The notes: generated by a model not told the origin, from the sequence alone. Shown: positions 20,741-31,411, numbered from the stretch's first letter. The stretch: 64,000 nt of DNA from a bacterium (GCA_029561455.1 JAKQIY010000047.1:332-64331), one strand, 5' to 3'. Translations and numbers: made by a program.

Positions 20741-21883
20741 ATGAAAAAGTTGTTGGTAATAGTTTTATTGTTTTTAGTAGCTTGCGCCGAGCGTAAATTG
20801 CCTACCGTACCCGGTAATGAGCAATTGCCGGTTATTGAAAATTTTTCATTACCGGAAATAATAAATCCCGGCAAATCTTACCTGGTCTCGGTACGGGTTA
20901 TTGCAAATCCACAGCCGGATTATGTGCAATATACCGTGTATAAAGAAGGCGGTACGGAAGAATTGCTGAGCGGTAAGATGTATGACGACGGCATGGCTCA
21001 GCATAGCACCGACGGCGATATTGTCGCACGGGACGGTTTATTCACCCAAAATATTACCTGGCAGAGTACCGATGAAAATCCACATCATATCGTTTTTGAA
21101 TTTGTTGCCGTCTTGAATTTTGAAACCACTGGTGAACCGTTAAAAGTAACCCTGGTTTCCAGTAAAAATATTCTGCCGCAAATTACCGGGGTAACCGTGC
21201 CGGATACTTTGCCAAGCGGGTTTACAGGAACCCTGACCTTTAGCGCCACAGTTTTTGATTCAAATGGCATTAAAGACATAAAAACCGTTTTATTCAAAGG
21301 AAAGCGGGATAATCAGACACTGTTTCAGGGTGAATTGTTAACTACCGCCAATGCCGGTGTTTTTGAAAAATCATTCGACAATACATTTGCCATCGGAAAA
21401 AAGGGAGTTTACGAGTTAATTTTTGAAGCTATAGACAAGTCCAACCGTAAAAGTTCTCCCTATAGCAGTTCAGTTTTTATCGGCAACAATGCGCCGGTTC
21501 TTTCCGACATCCAGGCTCCCAGCGCGATCCCCCGTCCGACGGATGCCGATGTTACCTTGTATTTCCTGATCACTGTGCAAGTTCGTGATGATCAATCGTT
21601 AAAAGATATTAAATTTGTTAAAATGTCCTGGAAAAAGGCGGACGGCACCTATTCCCTGAACAGTCCCTTCCAGCTTTATGATAACGGGCTACCGATTCAG
21701 GAAGATCTGGTCGGCTGGGATAACGGCTACCGCGGCGATGTGGTTGCCAATGACGGTATTTTTTCCATTACCGGCGCTTTTGATATACATCAACCCCTGG
21801 GTAATTATGAATTGGTCTTTTGGGCAGAAGATATGGCCGGAAATACCAGCGAAACCCTGAAGCATATTATTAACCTGCAATAG
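20741..21883 (+). CDS. Hypothetical lipoprotein
   Basis: An AAGGA ribosome-binding site lies 8 nt upstream of the ATG at 20741. The N-terminus 'MKKLLVIVLLFLVAC' carries a lipobox. Confidence 0.5.
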   Translation: MKKLLVIVLLFLVACAERKLPTVPGNEQLPVIENFSLPEIINPGKSYLVSVRVIANPQPDYVQYTVYKEGGTEELLSGKMYDDGMAQHSTDGDIVARDGLFTQNITWQSTDENPHHIVFEFVAVLNFETTGEPLKVTLVSSKNILPQITGVTVPDTLPSGFTGTLTFSATVFDSNGIKDIKTVLFKGKRDNQTLFQGELLTTANAGVFEKSFDNTFAIGKKGVYELIFEAIDKSNRKSSPYSSSVFIGNNAPVLSDIQAPSAIPRPTDADVTLYFLITVQVRDDQSLKDIKFVKMSWKKADGTYSLNSPFQLYDNGLPIQEDLVGWDNGYRGDVVANDGIFSITGAFDIHQPLGNYELVFWAEDMAGNTSETLKHIINLQ

Positions 21884-23350
21884 ATGGAACGACTGATGCA
21901 AAATATTAAAACCTCTTTAATTTTATTAGTTATTTTTATCCCGGTTATGGTGTGGGCCGCGCCATTTGCGGACAGTTACCAGTTGGGAACCGCCCCCTCT
22001 GCCGGCCTGGCAGGCAACGGCATAACCGATATTGCCGCCGGTAACCGCATGATGTGGTTCGGCACCGGTTATGGCTTGAGCCGCAGCCAGGATAACGGCG
22101 CTAGTTTTGAGTCTTTTGGCGTGAAACACGGCCTGGGCGCCGGCAGCGTCTCTGCTTTATGGGTGCATGGCGATACGATCCTGGTCGCCACCGCCAACGA
22201 TACGCTGACCAATGCCTCGGAAAGTTACTTGTCCAACGGTACGGGCCTGAGTATATCCACAGATAACGGCGCCACCTGGAGACATATCCGGCAAACCCCG
22301 CTGGATTACACGTCGGTGCAAAATCTTTCTTACGATATTGCCGTTTTGAACGGTACGATCTGGCTGGCCAATTTCGGCGGCGGCCTGGTGCGCGGCGACA
22401 ATTTTGGCGAAACCTGGGCGGTAAATCCCCCCGATTCTTTTCTGTTCGATCCCGGTAAAGAATTAAATCACCGGGTTTTTTCCGTAATTGCAGTTGACGA
22501 CGAGTTGTGGGTAGGCACTGCCGAAGGCATTAACAAATCTACCGATGGCGGCAAAACCTGGAAAAATTTCAACCATACCAGCCAGGAACAGCCGATCTCC
22601 GGTAATTTCGTCAACGGTCTGGCTTGTCAAAAAACCGGCGGCCGCAAGATCATCTGGGCCAGCACCTGGAAAGCGGAAGGCGAAGATGAATATTATGGCG
22701 TATCCAAATCCGAAAATGGCGGGCTGACCTGGTCGGTCGTATTGGGAACCCCGGAACAACAGATCAAAGCCGCCAATTTCTCCTTCGATGGGGCAACTGT
22801 ATATGTGGCTACTTATGACGGCTTGTACAAATCCACTGATTTTGGCGAGACCTGGTATTTGTTTCCGCAAGTAATCGATCCGGAAATAGATGAAAAGATC
22901 TATGGCGCGGAAACATATTCCGTACACGCGCAAAACAACGTCATCTGGCTGGGAACCTCGGACGGCCTGGCGCGCACTACCAATAACGGGTATACCTGGG
23001 ATATTATGCGCGCTTTTAAACCAACGGGACAAGGCGGTGTACCCCGCACTTATGCGTATCCCAACCCGTTTTCGCCAACCCGCGATAACCTGGCCGCTAA
23101 CGACGGCTTTGTACGTTTACAATATAACACCCTGCGCCCGACACGGGTAACCATCAAAGTTTATGATTTTGCCATGGACCTGGTTACAACCGTGGTCGAG
23201 GGGAAAATCCGCTATACAGCCGGTAATTTTAATGAGGTCTGGAACGGCCGCAATGATTATGGCGACCCCGTAGCAAATGGAGTTTATTTCTATTGTGTTT
23301 CAATTGAAGAAGACGGCGCCTTTTGGGGCAAAATTCTGATCGTGAATTGA
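21884..23350 (+). CDS. BNR/Asp-box repeat protein with C-terminal T9SS-type sorting domain
   Basis: Asp-box repeats recur ('STDNGATW', 'STDGGKTW', 'SENGGLTW', 'STDFGETW', 'TTNNGYTW'). The C-terminus carries 'YAYPNPFSP...GVYFYCV'. Confidence 0.6.
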   Translation: MERLMQNIKTSLILLVIFIPVMVWAAPFADSYQLGTAPSAGLAGNGITDIAAGNRMMWFGTGYGLSRSQDNGASFESFGVKHGLGAGSVSALWVHGDTILVATANDTLTNASESYLSNGTGLSISTDNGATWRHIRQTPLDYTSVQNLSYDIAVLNGTIWLANFGGGLVRGDNFGETWAVNPPDSFLFDPGKELNHRVFSVIAVDDELWVGTAEGINKSTDGGKTWKNFNHTSQEQPISGNFVNGLACQKTGGRKIIWASTWKAEGEDEYYGVSKSENGGLTWSVVLGTPEQQIKAANFSFDGATVYVATYDGLYKSTDFGETWYLFPQVIDPEIDEKIYGAETYSVHAQNNVIWLGTSDGLARTTNNGYTWDIMRAFKPTGQGGVPRTYAYPNPFSPTRDNLAANDGFVRLQYNTLRPTRVTIKVYDFAMDLVTTVVEGKIRYTAGNFNEVWNGRNDYGDPVANGVYFYCVSIEEDGAFWGKILIVN

Positions 23351-23369
23351 TAATGGTACAGGAAAGAGC

Positions 23370-24344
23370 ATGAAAAAATATATTCTGATCGTAATACTTT
23401 TGATAATAAATAGCGGCATCCTGTTCGCGCGCAACGGCGACGGCGGCTATGCCGGGGCATTTTTACGTATGGGCATGGGCGCGCGCGCCAAAGCCATGGG
23501 CGACGCTTTTACGGCAATCCCGGAAGGGGCGATCGCCGGCTTTTACAACCCGGCTTTGCTGCCTCATTTGCAGGAACGCCAGGTGGTCGCTTCGTATTCT
23601 TTTTTACCCCTGGATCGCAGCCTGGATTATGTCGGATTTGCTATGCCGCTGCATCCGGCGGCCAAAGAGGGAAAACGCGGCAATCCTCTCAAAGCCGGAG
23701 TCGCACTGGGTTGGGTTCATGCCGGAACGGATAAAATCTATGGCACCAACAGCAACGGTCAGTTTATCGGCGATCTATCCAACTCGGAACATGCGTTTTA
23801 CCTGTCTTTTGCTATCCGTCCGGCTGATAAGCTCTCTATTGGCGTCAGTGGCAAAGTGTTGTATAACCGCATGCCGGGCTTGCAAACCGACAACAGCGCA
23901 TTGACCTCGACCGGTTTCGGCATGGATTTTGGTATTTTTCTCACCCCGCGTAAAAATGTCATGCTGGGATTTGTCGTCCGTGATAATATGTCGAAATATA
24001 CCTGGAATACGGACAAGGTGTTTGAACGCGGCACCAGCACGGTTTATAAATTCCCCAAAGTGACGCGCGCCGCTATCGCTTACCGTATTCCCCAGGAGTG
24101 GCTGTTGCTCGCTTTTGAAGCGGAAACCAGCGACAAGCAGAACCCCCGTTATCATTACGGAATGGAATTTACATACAAACCGGTCGGCGCCATTCAACTC
24201 GGTCTCGATGACAATATGCCGACTTTTGGTTTAGGTTTAAAATTTAATGTTTTAAGCAAAACGACATTAATCAATTATGCGTTTGTTGTTAATGATGTCA
24301 CCCCGGGCTCGGATCATATTTTTACCTGGGCGTTTAATTTTTAA
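23370..24344 (+). CDS. PorV/PorQ-like outer-membrane beta-barrel protein (T9SS-associated), paralog 1
   Basis: A signal peptide is followed by 'AGAFLRMGMGARAKAMGDAFTAIPEGAIAGFYNPAL'. The C-terminus ends in an aromatic residue. Confidence 0.5.
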   Translation: MKKYILIVILLIINSGILFARNGDGGYAGAFLRMGMGARAKAMGDAFTAIPEGAIAGFYNPALLPHLQERQVVASYSFLPLDRSLDYVGFAMPLHPAAKEGKRGNPLKAGVALGWVHAGTDKIYGTNSNGQFIGDLSNSEHAFYLSFAIRPADKLSIGVSGKVLYNRMPGLQTDNSALTSTGFGMDFGIFLTPRKNVMLGFVVRDNMSKYTWNTDKVFERGTSTVYKFPKVTRAAIAYRIPQEWLLLAFEAETSDKQNPRYHYGMEFTYKPVGAIQLGLDDNMPTFGLGLKFNVLSKTTLINYAFVVNDVTPGSDHIFTWAFNF

Positions 24345-24346
24345 TT

Positions 24347-25267
24347 TTGTACAAGGTGAATCAAGTGATGAAAAGCAGATTAATTATAACATTACTGGTT
24401 ATGGCATTAGCGGCTCCGTTGTTTGCGGCCGGTGAAAACGGCATGGCAGTGTTAAAGATCGGCGTCAGCGCCCGCGCTGCCGCAATGGGCGAAGCGTTTA
24501 CCGCCACTGCGGATGATGCTTCCGGGGTTTTCTGGAATCCGGCAGGTATTACCTGGAGCCAACACCGTCAGGCTCATTTTACTCATAATGAGTGGATTCA
24601 GGGAATAACCCACGACGCCGCCAGCCTGATAATTCCACATAATAACTGGGCTATAGGCCTGGACTTGATGCTGAACAATGTCAGCGATTTTGAACGGCGC
24701 ATCATCGCTTCAGAGGAACCGTTCGGCACTTTTTCTTCCCATGATTTTTCCATGGCGCTTACTTTTTCCCACATGATCGGAAAAGACATTTCAGTAGGCG
24801 GCAGGGTGCGTTATTTAAGCGAAAAGATCTATGACGAATCGGCCAGCGGCGTGGCTGTAGATTTAGGCGCGCGTTACCGGGTTTTACCGGGGCGGCTCTT
24901 TGTCGCTGCTGCCATGCAGAATTTGGGTAAAATGTCCGAAATGGTACAAGAAGAGGTAAAACTTCCTGCCACGCTGCGGCTGGGCGCCGGTTATTACTTG
25001 CCGGGTCAAATCTTTGGCAATAATCTTTTGCTGGCAGCCGATTATGTAAAAATATTCAACGAAGACGATCATATCAACCTGGGACTGGAATATACTCCGG
25101 TTCCGGTTGTTGCCCTGCGCGGCGGCTATCAAACCGGATACGAGGAACGTTCCCTGACTGCCGGTTTTGGCGTCAATATCGGTTTTCTTTCAATCGATTA
25201 TGCTTTTATCCCGTTTACCAATGATCTGGGAACCGGTCACAAATTTTCACTGTTGGCGGATTTTTAG
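24347..25267 (+). CDS. PorV/PorQ-like outer-membrane beta-barrel protein, paralog 2
   Basis: 'LKIGVSARAAAMGEAFTATADDASGVFWNPAGI' is present and the protein ends in '...LLADF'. The start could instead be the ATG at 24368. Confidence 0.5.
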   Translation: MYKVNQVMKSRLIITLLVMALAAPLFAAGENGMAVLKIGVSARAAAMGEAFTATADDASGVFWNPAGITWSQHRQAHFTHNEWIQGITHDAASLIIPHNNWAIGLDLMLNNVSDFERRIIASEEPFGTFSSHDFSMALTFSHMIGKDISVGGRVRYLSEKIYDESASGVAVDLGARYRVLPGRLFVAAAMQNLGKMSEMVQEEVKLPATLRLGAGYYLPGQIFGNNLLLAADYVKIFNEDDHINLGLEYTPVPVVALRGGYQTGYEERSLTAGFGVNIGFLSIDYAFIPFTNDLGTGHKFSLLADF

Positions 25268-25951
25268 TCAAGCCCCGGCAACTTTGACTCTAAAGTTTGT
25301 TTACCTGGTTCAAGTTTCATCTGTAAGAGTATGACAAAAATACAGGCAACATAACGGAATTATTGTAAATTTTTTAAGGATTATCCACAATAAAAAGTAT
25401 CATCATTAATAACTAATTTCTGGTTCCCAATCTCCCGATTGGGAACCCGCTTGTACAAAATCTCTGATTTGAAAGGTAAAGATCATATTTAAAATAAAAT
25501 AACTGCTTGAAAGGAATCGGAGATTCCTGACCAATCTCGTTTCTAATCAGGAGATTAGGAACGAGGAGACATTTTTATTAAACAGTAATGTCAAAAATAT
25601 AATAATCAATATATCGTTCCTTATAAAATTCATTCATTAATTATTTGTAATTTTTTGACTTAAATGTCACTATTTTTAGTTTTAACCGGACACTACTGAT
25701 CTATAATATAAAATAACACTTTTAGTAACTAATTTATATTATTAAAAAAGCAGGGTCAAGCCGGGAAGATTTAATAGCCATGTTTAGGTTTAAAAATGAA
25801 ATTCTTACAGCATTAGAAAAATTTTTTGATCAGGTGTAAATAAACTTTTGTTTCTTTTTGTTTTATTTACGCACAGTATTAATTTAATAGTAATAATCTG
25901 GCGTTGACCGGTATATTTAAATAAAGAAACTAATTTTTTACAGGAGCTCCT

Positions 25952-28105
25952 TTGGTAAAAATAAATCTGGTTTTGGGCACTCACAATCATCAACCGATTG
26001 GGAATTTTGACTTTGTATTTGAACAGGCTTTTCAGCAATCGTATTTACCCTTTTTAAACGTCTTGCAGCAGCATCCGCGTATCAGGATTGCCCAACATTA
26101 CAGCGGTATTTTGTTTGAATGGCTGACAAAAAATCACCCTGAATTGATCAAACAATTGCAAAAGCTGGTACGCTCAGGTCAGGTTGAAATGATGACCGGC
26201 GGTTATTATGAACCGATATTGACCAGTATTCCCGAAAGAGATATTATCGGCCAGATAAAAAAATTATCACAATATGTTATGAAAAAAACCGGCGTGGAGC
26301 CGACCGGTTTATGGCTAACCGAACGGGTATGGGAACCCTACCTGGCCGGGCCAATTGCCAAAGCCGGAGTAAAATACACCGTTATGGATGACTCTCATTT
26401 CAAGTCCGCCGGATTGCAGGATCAAAATTTATTCGGTTATTACATTACCGAGCATGAAGGCGAAATATTAAAAATTTTCCCTATCAGCGAACGAATGCGT
26501 TACCTCATACCCTTCCAGCCGCCGGAGAAAACGATAGAGTTTTTACGTTCCCTGGCCACGGAAGAGGGCGATCGTCTGGTCGTATTTGCCGATGACGGTG
26601 AAAAGTTTGGCGTTTGGCCGGGCACTTTTGTGCAATGTTATGAAAGAAAATGGCTCGACCGGTTATTTACATTAATTGAAGAAAACCTGGACTGGATCAA
26701 TTTACTGACCTTTAGCGAAGCCACCCGGCAATTGAAACCCGCCGGCACCATTTACCTGCCTACCGCTTCTTATCGCGAAATGATGGAATGGGCCATGCCG
26801 GTTAATGCCATTAAAGATTATGAACACTTTTTCCAATGGTGTAAAGATAATCATGTGTCCGATGCCAATCTCAATTTTATTAAAGGTGGCTTCTGGCGTA
26901 ACTTTTTAGCCAAATATACCGAAGCGAATAATCTGCAAAAGCGAATGCAGCTAGGCAGTAACCGGTTAAATCGCCTCGCCGGTAGTAATCATGACCTGGA
27001 AACTGCCCGTGATCTTGTCTATGCCGGGCAGTGCAATTGCCCCTACTGGCATGGCGTATTTGGCGGATTATATTTGCCGCATTTGCGCTACGCTATCTAT
27101 TCCAATCTTATTCAGGCCGATGTTGAGATGGACAAGATCGAATTCCGGGAACAGCAAAAAACCGGCTGGGTGAACAGCGAAATAACCGACTTTAATGCCG
27201 ATGGTTATGACGAAGTAGTAGTCCAGACCGACCGCATGAACCTGTTCTTTTCACCCAAAAACGGCGGTTGTTTAACTGAACTCGATTTCAAGCCCAAATC
27301 CATCAATTTGGTCGATACCATGACCCGGCGGCCCGAGGCTTATCATCAAAAACTGTTTGAGTTGGATAAACCATCCCATCCGGCCAGCAGCGACGACAGC
27401 GTCGCCTCGATTCATGATATTGTTTTGACCAAAGAACCAGGTTTGGATAAATACCTTAATTATGACTGGTATCCCCGCGCTTCCATGCTCGATCACTTTT
27501 TACGACCCGATTCGACCCTGGAATCAGTATCCCAGGCCAAATATGGCGAACAAAGCGACTTTGTTAACCAGCCATTTGAAGTTTCCATTGCCAAAAAAGC
27601 CAACGATCATGAACTTGTTTTGGAAAGAAATGGCCATGTTTGGGTTGAAGGCGAATTTGTACCGGTAAATATTAAAAAGAAAGTGCAGGTCAAAGCTCGC
27701 AGCGATTATTATATGGTAAAATATATTGTTACTAATAATCATACCCGCGCAATAAGTGTTTGGTTTGGAGTGGAATTTGCTACTTCTTTATTGGCCGGTA
27801 ATGCCCCGGATCGTAATTACATCGTTCCGGGCCAAACCCTGCAGGACAGCAAGCTGGCGAGCATCGGCGCTGTTGACAATATTAAAAAAATTCAACTGCG
27901 TGACGATTGGTTGGGTCTGCAAATCAGTTTTGAAACCAGCAGGGAAGCGGCCTTTTGGCGCTACCCGATAGAAACGATTTCCATGTCGGAAGCCGGTTTT
28001 GAAAGAGTTTATCAGTGTTCAATTGTAATGCCGAACTGGAAAATTACCCTGGAGCCTGGTGAACAATGGAACGTTACCATAAAGCAGGGCATTGAGCAAT
28101 TATAA
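25952..28105 (+). CDS. Glycoside hydrolase family 57 (alpha-amylase / 4-alpha-glucanotransferase-like)
   Basis: The N-terminus 'INLVLGTHNHQPIGNF' and 'WLTERVWEP' are GH57-type. A C-terminal extension is present. Confidence 0.7.
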   Translation: MVKINLVLGTHNHQPIGNFDFVFEQAFQQSYLPFLNVLQQHPRIRIAQHYSGILFEWLTKNHPELIKQLQKLVRSGQVEMMTGGYYEPILTSIPERDIIGQIKKLSQYVMKKTGVEPTGLWLTERVWEPYLAGPIAKAGVKYTVMDDSHFKSAGLQDQNLFGYYITEHEGEILKIFPISERMRYLIPFQPPEKTIEFLRSLATEEGDRLVVFADDGEKFGVWPGTFVQCYERKWLDRLFTLIEENLDWINLLTFSEATRQLKPAGTIYLPTASYREMMEWAMPVNAIKDYEHFFQWCKDNHVSDANLNFIKGGFWRNFLAKYTEANNLQKRMQLGSNRLNRLAGSNHDLETARDLVYAGQCNCPYWHGVFGGLYLPHLRYAIYSNLIQADVEMDKIEFREQQKTGWVNSEITDFNADGYDEVVVQTDRMNLFFSPKNGGCLTELDFKPKSINLVDTMTRRPEAYHQKLFELDKPSHPASSDDSVASIHDIVLTKEPGLDKYLNYDWYPRASMLDHFLRPDSTLESVSQAKYGEQSDFVNQPFEVSIAKKANDHELVLERNGHVWVEGEFVPVNIKKKVQVKARSDYYMVKYIVTNNHTRAISVWFGVEFATSLLAGNAPDRNYIVPGQTLQDSKLASIGAVDNIKKIQLRDDWLGLQISFETSREAAFWRYPIETISMSEAGFERVYQCSIVMPNWKITLEPGEQWNVTIKQGIEQL

Positions 28106-28163
28106 TATTGATTTTTATTTAAATATATTTTCGTTATATTATAATTGCAGTCTCATTTGAGGA

Positions 28164-29777
28164 ATGAAATATATGATGAACAGTAAAAAATTTAAACGCA
28201 CCTTGTGGATACTGGTCGCAATTATTGCCGCCGGCATTGGCGTAAGTAAATTTAACCAGACGCAGCTTTATTCATCAGATAGTATTCGCGATCAGCTGGT
28301 TCGGTTTAACGAGGTGTTTGCGTATATAAATCAATATTATGTTGAAAAACCGGATAATGAAGAATTAATTACCGGCGCTATCGAAGGCATGCTGGGCGGT
28401 TTGGATCCCCATTCAGTATATATTCCCAAAAAAGCCGTAGAACAAGTTAATGAACAATTTGAAGGTTCCTTTGAAGGAATAGGCATCGAGTTCGTTGTCT
28501 TGGAAAAGATTTTAACGGTTGTCGCGCCAATAGTGGGCGGGCCCTCGGAAGCGGTTGGTATTTTACCCGGCGACCAGATCATCAAAATTGAAGGTAAATC
28601 GGCTTACGGTATAACTGAAGATGAAGTGCAAAAGAAACTGCGCGGCCCCAAAGGCAGCAAGGTGCAGGTCACGATTCGCCGTCCGGAACAGGATAATGCC
28701 GAATTTGAGGTAACGATTGTCCGCGATGAAATCCCGATCTATAGTGTTACAGCCTCATTCATGATGGATGATGGAGAGACCGGTTATATTTATCTTGGCC
28801 GTTTTGCCAAAAAGACCTCGGAAGAGCTGGAACAAGCCATGGTCGATCTGGAAAAACAGGGCATGAAAAGAATGATCCTCGATCTGCGCGGCAATTCCGG
28901 CGGCTACCTGGATCAGGCGGTAGAGGTGTCCGATAAATTTTTACCCGGCGGCCAAAAAATTGTCTACACCCGCGGCCGGGTTAGCAACAGCGGGTCGGAT
29001 TTTTATTCGACCGACAAAGGAACGCATCCCATCTATCCACTCATTGTTATGATCGATCATGGTTCCGCCAGCGCCTCTGAAATTGTGGCCGGCGCTATCC
29101 AGGACCTGGATAGAGGCCTGGTTGTCGGACAAACCAGCTTTGGTAAAGGGTTGGTGCAGAACCAGATTCCCCTGCGCGACGGTTCGGCGTTACGGTTGAC
29201 CATTGCCCGGTATTATACCCCCAGTGGTCGGTTGATCCAGCGTCCTTATGACGACGGGATTATTGATTATTATACCGAAGCGTATGATGATTCGTCCATT
29301 ACCAGCAAAGTCGATTCCAGCAAACAATACAATACCCTGTCCGGACGTGTTGTATACGGCGGCGGTGGCATTACCCCGGATATTACCCTGGAAGCGGAAA
29401 AGATTACCCGTTTTACCTACCAATTACGAACCAAGCGCGTGTTCTTTGAATATGGTTCCAAATATGCCAATACCTATAAAAAGTGGAAAAAAGATTTTCA
29501 GGGTTACAAAAATAATTTTGAAATTACCCAGCCCATGTTGAATGATTTAAAAGAGATCATCCAAAAGCATGACGTCAAGATCAACCAGGAAGCATTTAAT
29601 AAAGATCTAGACTATATAAAATTGTCAATGAAATCTGAAATGGCGCGGCATATATGGGATAGCGAACATTATTATATGATCCGTATCATGGCGGATTCCG
29701 AAGTCATCAAAGCGTGCGAACATTTTCCCAAAGCCAAAGAGATAGCCATGTTGAATAAATGGGAAACCCGGCTGTAA
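28164..29777 (+). CDS. Carboxy-terminal processing protease (S41 family, PDZ domain)
   Basis: A PDZ region is followed by 'GNSGGYL' and 'IDHGSASASEIVAGAIQD'. Confidence 0.75.
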   Translation: MKYMMNSKKFKRTLWILVAIIAAGIGVSKFNQTQLYSSDSIRDQLVRFNEVFAYINQYYVEKPDNEELITGAIEGMLGGLDPHSVYIPKKAVEQVNEQFEGSFEGIGIEFVVLEKILTVVAPIVGGPSEAVGILPGDQIIKIEGKSAYGITEDEVQKKLRGPKGSKVQVTIRRPEQDNAEFEVTIVRDEIPIYSVTASFMMDDGETGYIYLGRFAKKTSEELEQAMVDLEKQGMKRMILDLRGNSGGYLDQAVEVSDKFLPGGQKIVYTRGRVSNSGSDFYSTDKGTHPIYPLIVMIDHGSASASEIVAGAIQDLDRGLVVGQTSFGKGLVQNQIPLRDGSALRLTIARYYTPSGRLIQRPYDDGIIDYYTEAYDDSSITSKVDSSKQYNTLSGRVVYGGGGITPDITLEAEKITRFTYQLRTKRVFFEYGSKYANTYKKWKKDFQGYKNNFEITQPMLNDLKEIIQKHDVKINQEAFNKDLDYIKLSMKSEMARHIWDSEHYYMIRIMADSEVIKACEHFPKAKEIAMLNKWETRL

Positions 29778-29890
29778 AAGGGCCCATAAAAAATATATTG
29801 ACTTTTAAAACAAAATATACTAAGTTTTCTAGTACTCTTGAAATATTAATTAACTTTTTTAAATTAAACTTGTTTGGAGGAGTCTGAATA

Positions 29891-30505
29891 ATGGTTCAAA
29901 TGTTTAACGATGGCGGCGCTTTCATGTGGCCAATTTTAATCCTTTTAATTATCGGTATTGCAATCAGTCTGGAGCGTTTGTGGACATTGACAAGAGCCGG
30001 AATTAATACCAAGAAATTTATGGCATCGATTAAAAATGCTCTTGCTGAAGGCGGAGTAAAAAAAGCTATTGAAGTATGTGAAAATACCCGCGGCCCGGTT
30101 GCTTCTATTTTCCATGCCGGTTTACTGCGTTCGAATCGCGGTATTGAAAACGTTGAAAAAGCAATTTCCAGCGCCGGATCAATTGAAATGGCATTCCTGG
30201 AAAGAGGCCTGGTTTGGTTGGCAACAATCGTCAGTTTGGCCCCGATGTTGGGATTTACCGGAACCGTACAGGGTATGATCCAGGCATTCAATGACATTAA
30301 AGCTGCTAACGATATTTCCCCGACTATCGTCGCCGGTGGTATTTCCGTAGCTTTGTTAACCACCCTTTTTGGTCTGGTTGTCGCTATGTTAGTCCAGGTA
30401 TTTAATAACTATTTCGTATCCAGAATCGACCGTTTAATCATTGATATGGAAGAAAGTTCCAATGAACTTGTGGACGCATTAATTGCCATCGAGGAAAAAA
30501 AATAA
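29891..30505 (+). CDS. exbB: MotA/TolQ/ExbB proton-channel protein
   Basis: Three TM segments and 'LGFTGTVQGMI' are present. An exbD gene lies immediately downstream. Confidence 0.75.
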   Translation: MVQMFNDGGAFMWPILILLIIGIAISLERLWTLTRAGINTKKFMASIKNALAEGGVKKAIEVCENTRGPVASIFHAGLLRSNRGIENVEKAISSAGSIEMAFLERGLVWLATIVSLAPMLGFTGTVQGMIQAFNDIKAANDISPTIVAGGISVALLTTLFGLVVAMLVQVFNNYFVSRIDRLIIDMEESSNELVDALIAIEEKK

Positions 30506-30528
30506 TTTGATTGGAGAGAGTAGTTACT

Positions 30529-30924
30529 ATGTTAAACAAACGTAGAAAAGGAACTCCTGAAATCAATTCGGGGTCTATGGCAGATATTGTGTTCCTGCTG
30601 TTAATTTTCTTCCTGGTAACAACTACGATTGATACGGATAAAGGTATTTCGTTGGCATTACCCCCCAAAGGCGAAACCAAAGAAGTATCCAAAAAGAACA
30701 TTGCGAATATCCTGATCAATGAGGCTGGCGATGTAATGATCAACGAAGAGCAGATTGCCATAGGCGAACTTTCCCGTAAAGCTAAACAGATGCTGGATGA
30801 AAATGATAAAATCGCTTTTTCTGTAAAAACTCTCAAGACCACCAAATATGATGTATATATTGATGTTCTTGATCAGTTGAAAAGAGCGAATGCGACCAGA
30901 ATTTCTATTGCGGAACCCGATTAA
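30529..30924 (+). CDS. exbD: ExbD/TolR biopolymer transport protein
   Basis: A GGAGAG ribosome-binding site lies before the ATG at 30529. The protein has 'DIVFLLLIFFLV' and a single TM segment. Confidence 0.7.
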   Translation: MLNKRRKGTPEINSGSMADIVFLLLIFFLVTTTIDTDKGISLALPPKGETKEVSKKNIANILINEAGDVMINEEQIAIGELSRKAKQMLDENDKIAFSVKTLKTTKYDVYIDVLDQLKRANATRISIAEPD

Positions 30925-30977
30925 TTTACAAGCGTATACTAGTAAAGAAAATGAATAATTAATTTAGGAGTAAGACT

Positions 30978-31400
30978 TTGAAATTCAAAACAAAGTCAAA
31001 AGTGGGATCCGGCATTTCAACCGCGTCCATGCCCGATATTATTTTTATGCTTTTGATCTTTTTTATGGTTTGTACCGTATTTAAAGAATCATCAGGTCTA
31101 AAAGTAATATTACCGGATGCACGCAAGATTGAGAAATTGCCCGGTAAACGTGGCGTCGCCGTTATCTGGGCTGACAGGGCCGGGAATCTGACTATTGATG
31201 ATAAATTTTTGCGACCTGAAGATATCCGTAGTATTATCTATAATAAAGCAATTGACCCGACTAGTCCTTTAAAGATTGTTTCAATGCGGATTGATAACCA
31301 GGTAGATATGGAACGAGTTACAGCGATTCATGAAGAATTGCGGGCTGTCGGTGAAGCTGCATTAAATGTCAATTATTCTTCAAGAACTGCAGCTGAATGA
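30978..31400 (+). CDS. exbD: ExbD/TolR biopolymer transport protein (second copy)
   Basis: A TTG start follows an AGGAG ribosome-binding site. The protein carries 'MPDIIFMLLIFFMV'. Confidence 0.65.
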   Translation: MKFKTKSKVGSGISTASMPDIIFMLLIFFMVCTVFKESSGLKVILPDARKIEKLPGKRGVAVIWADRAGNLTIDDKFLRPEDIRSIIYNKAIDPTSPLKIVSMRIDNQVDMERVTAIHEELRAVGEAALNVNYSSRTAAE

Positions 31401-31411
31401 GGTGATTTATT

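Noticed and set aside
22463-23032. 189-aa ORF on - strand inside the BNR-repeat gene
   Set aside because: It is an antisense shadow ORF with no motifs.
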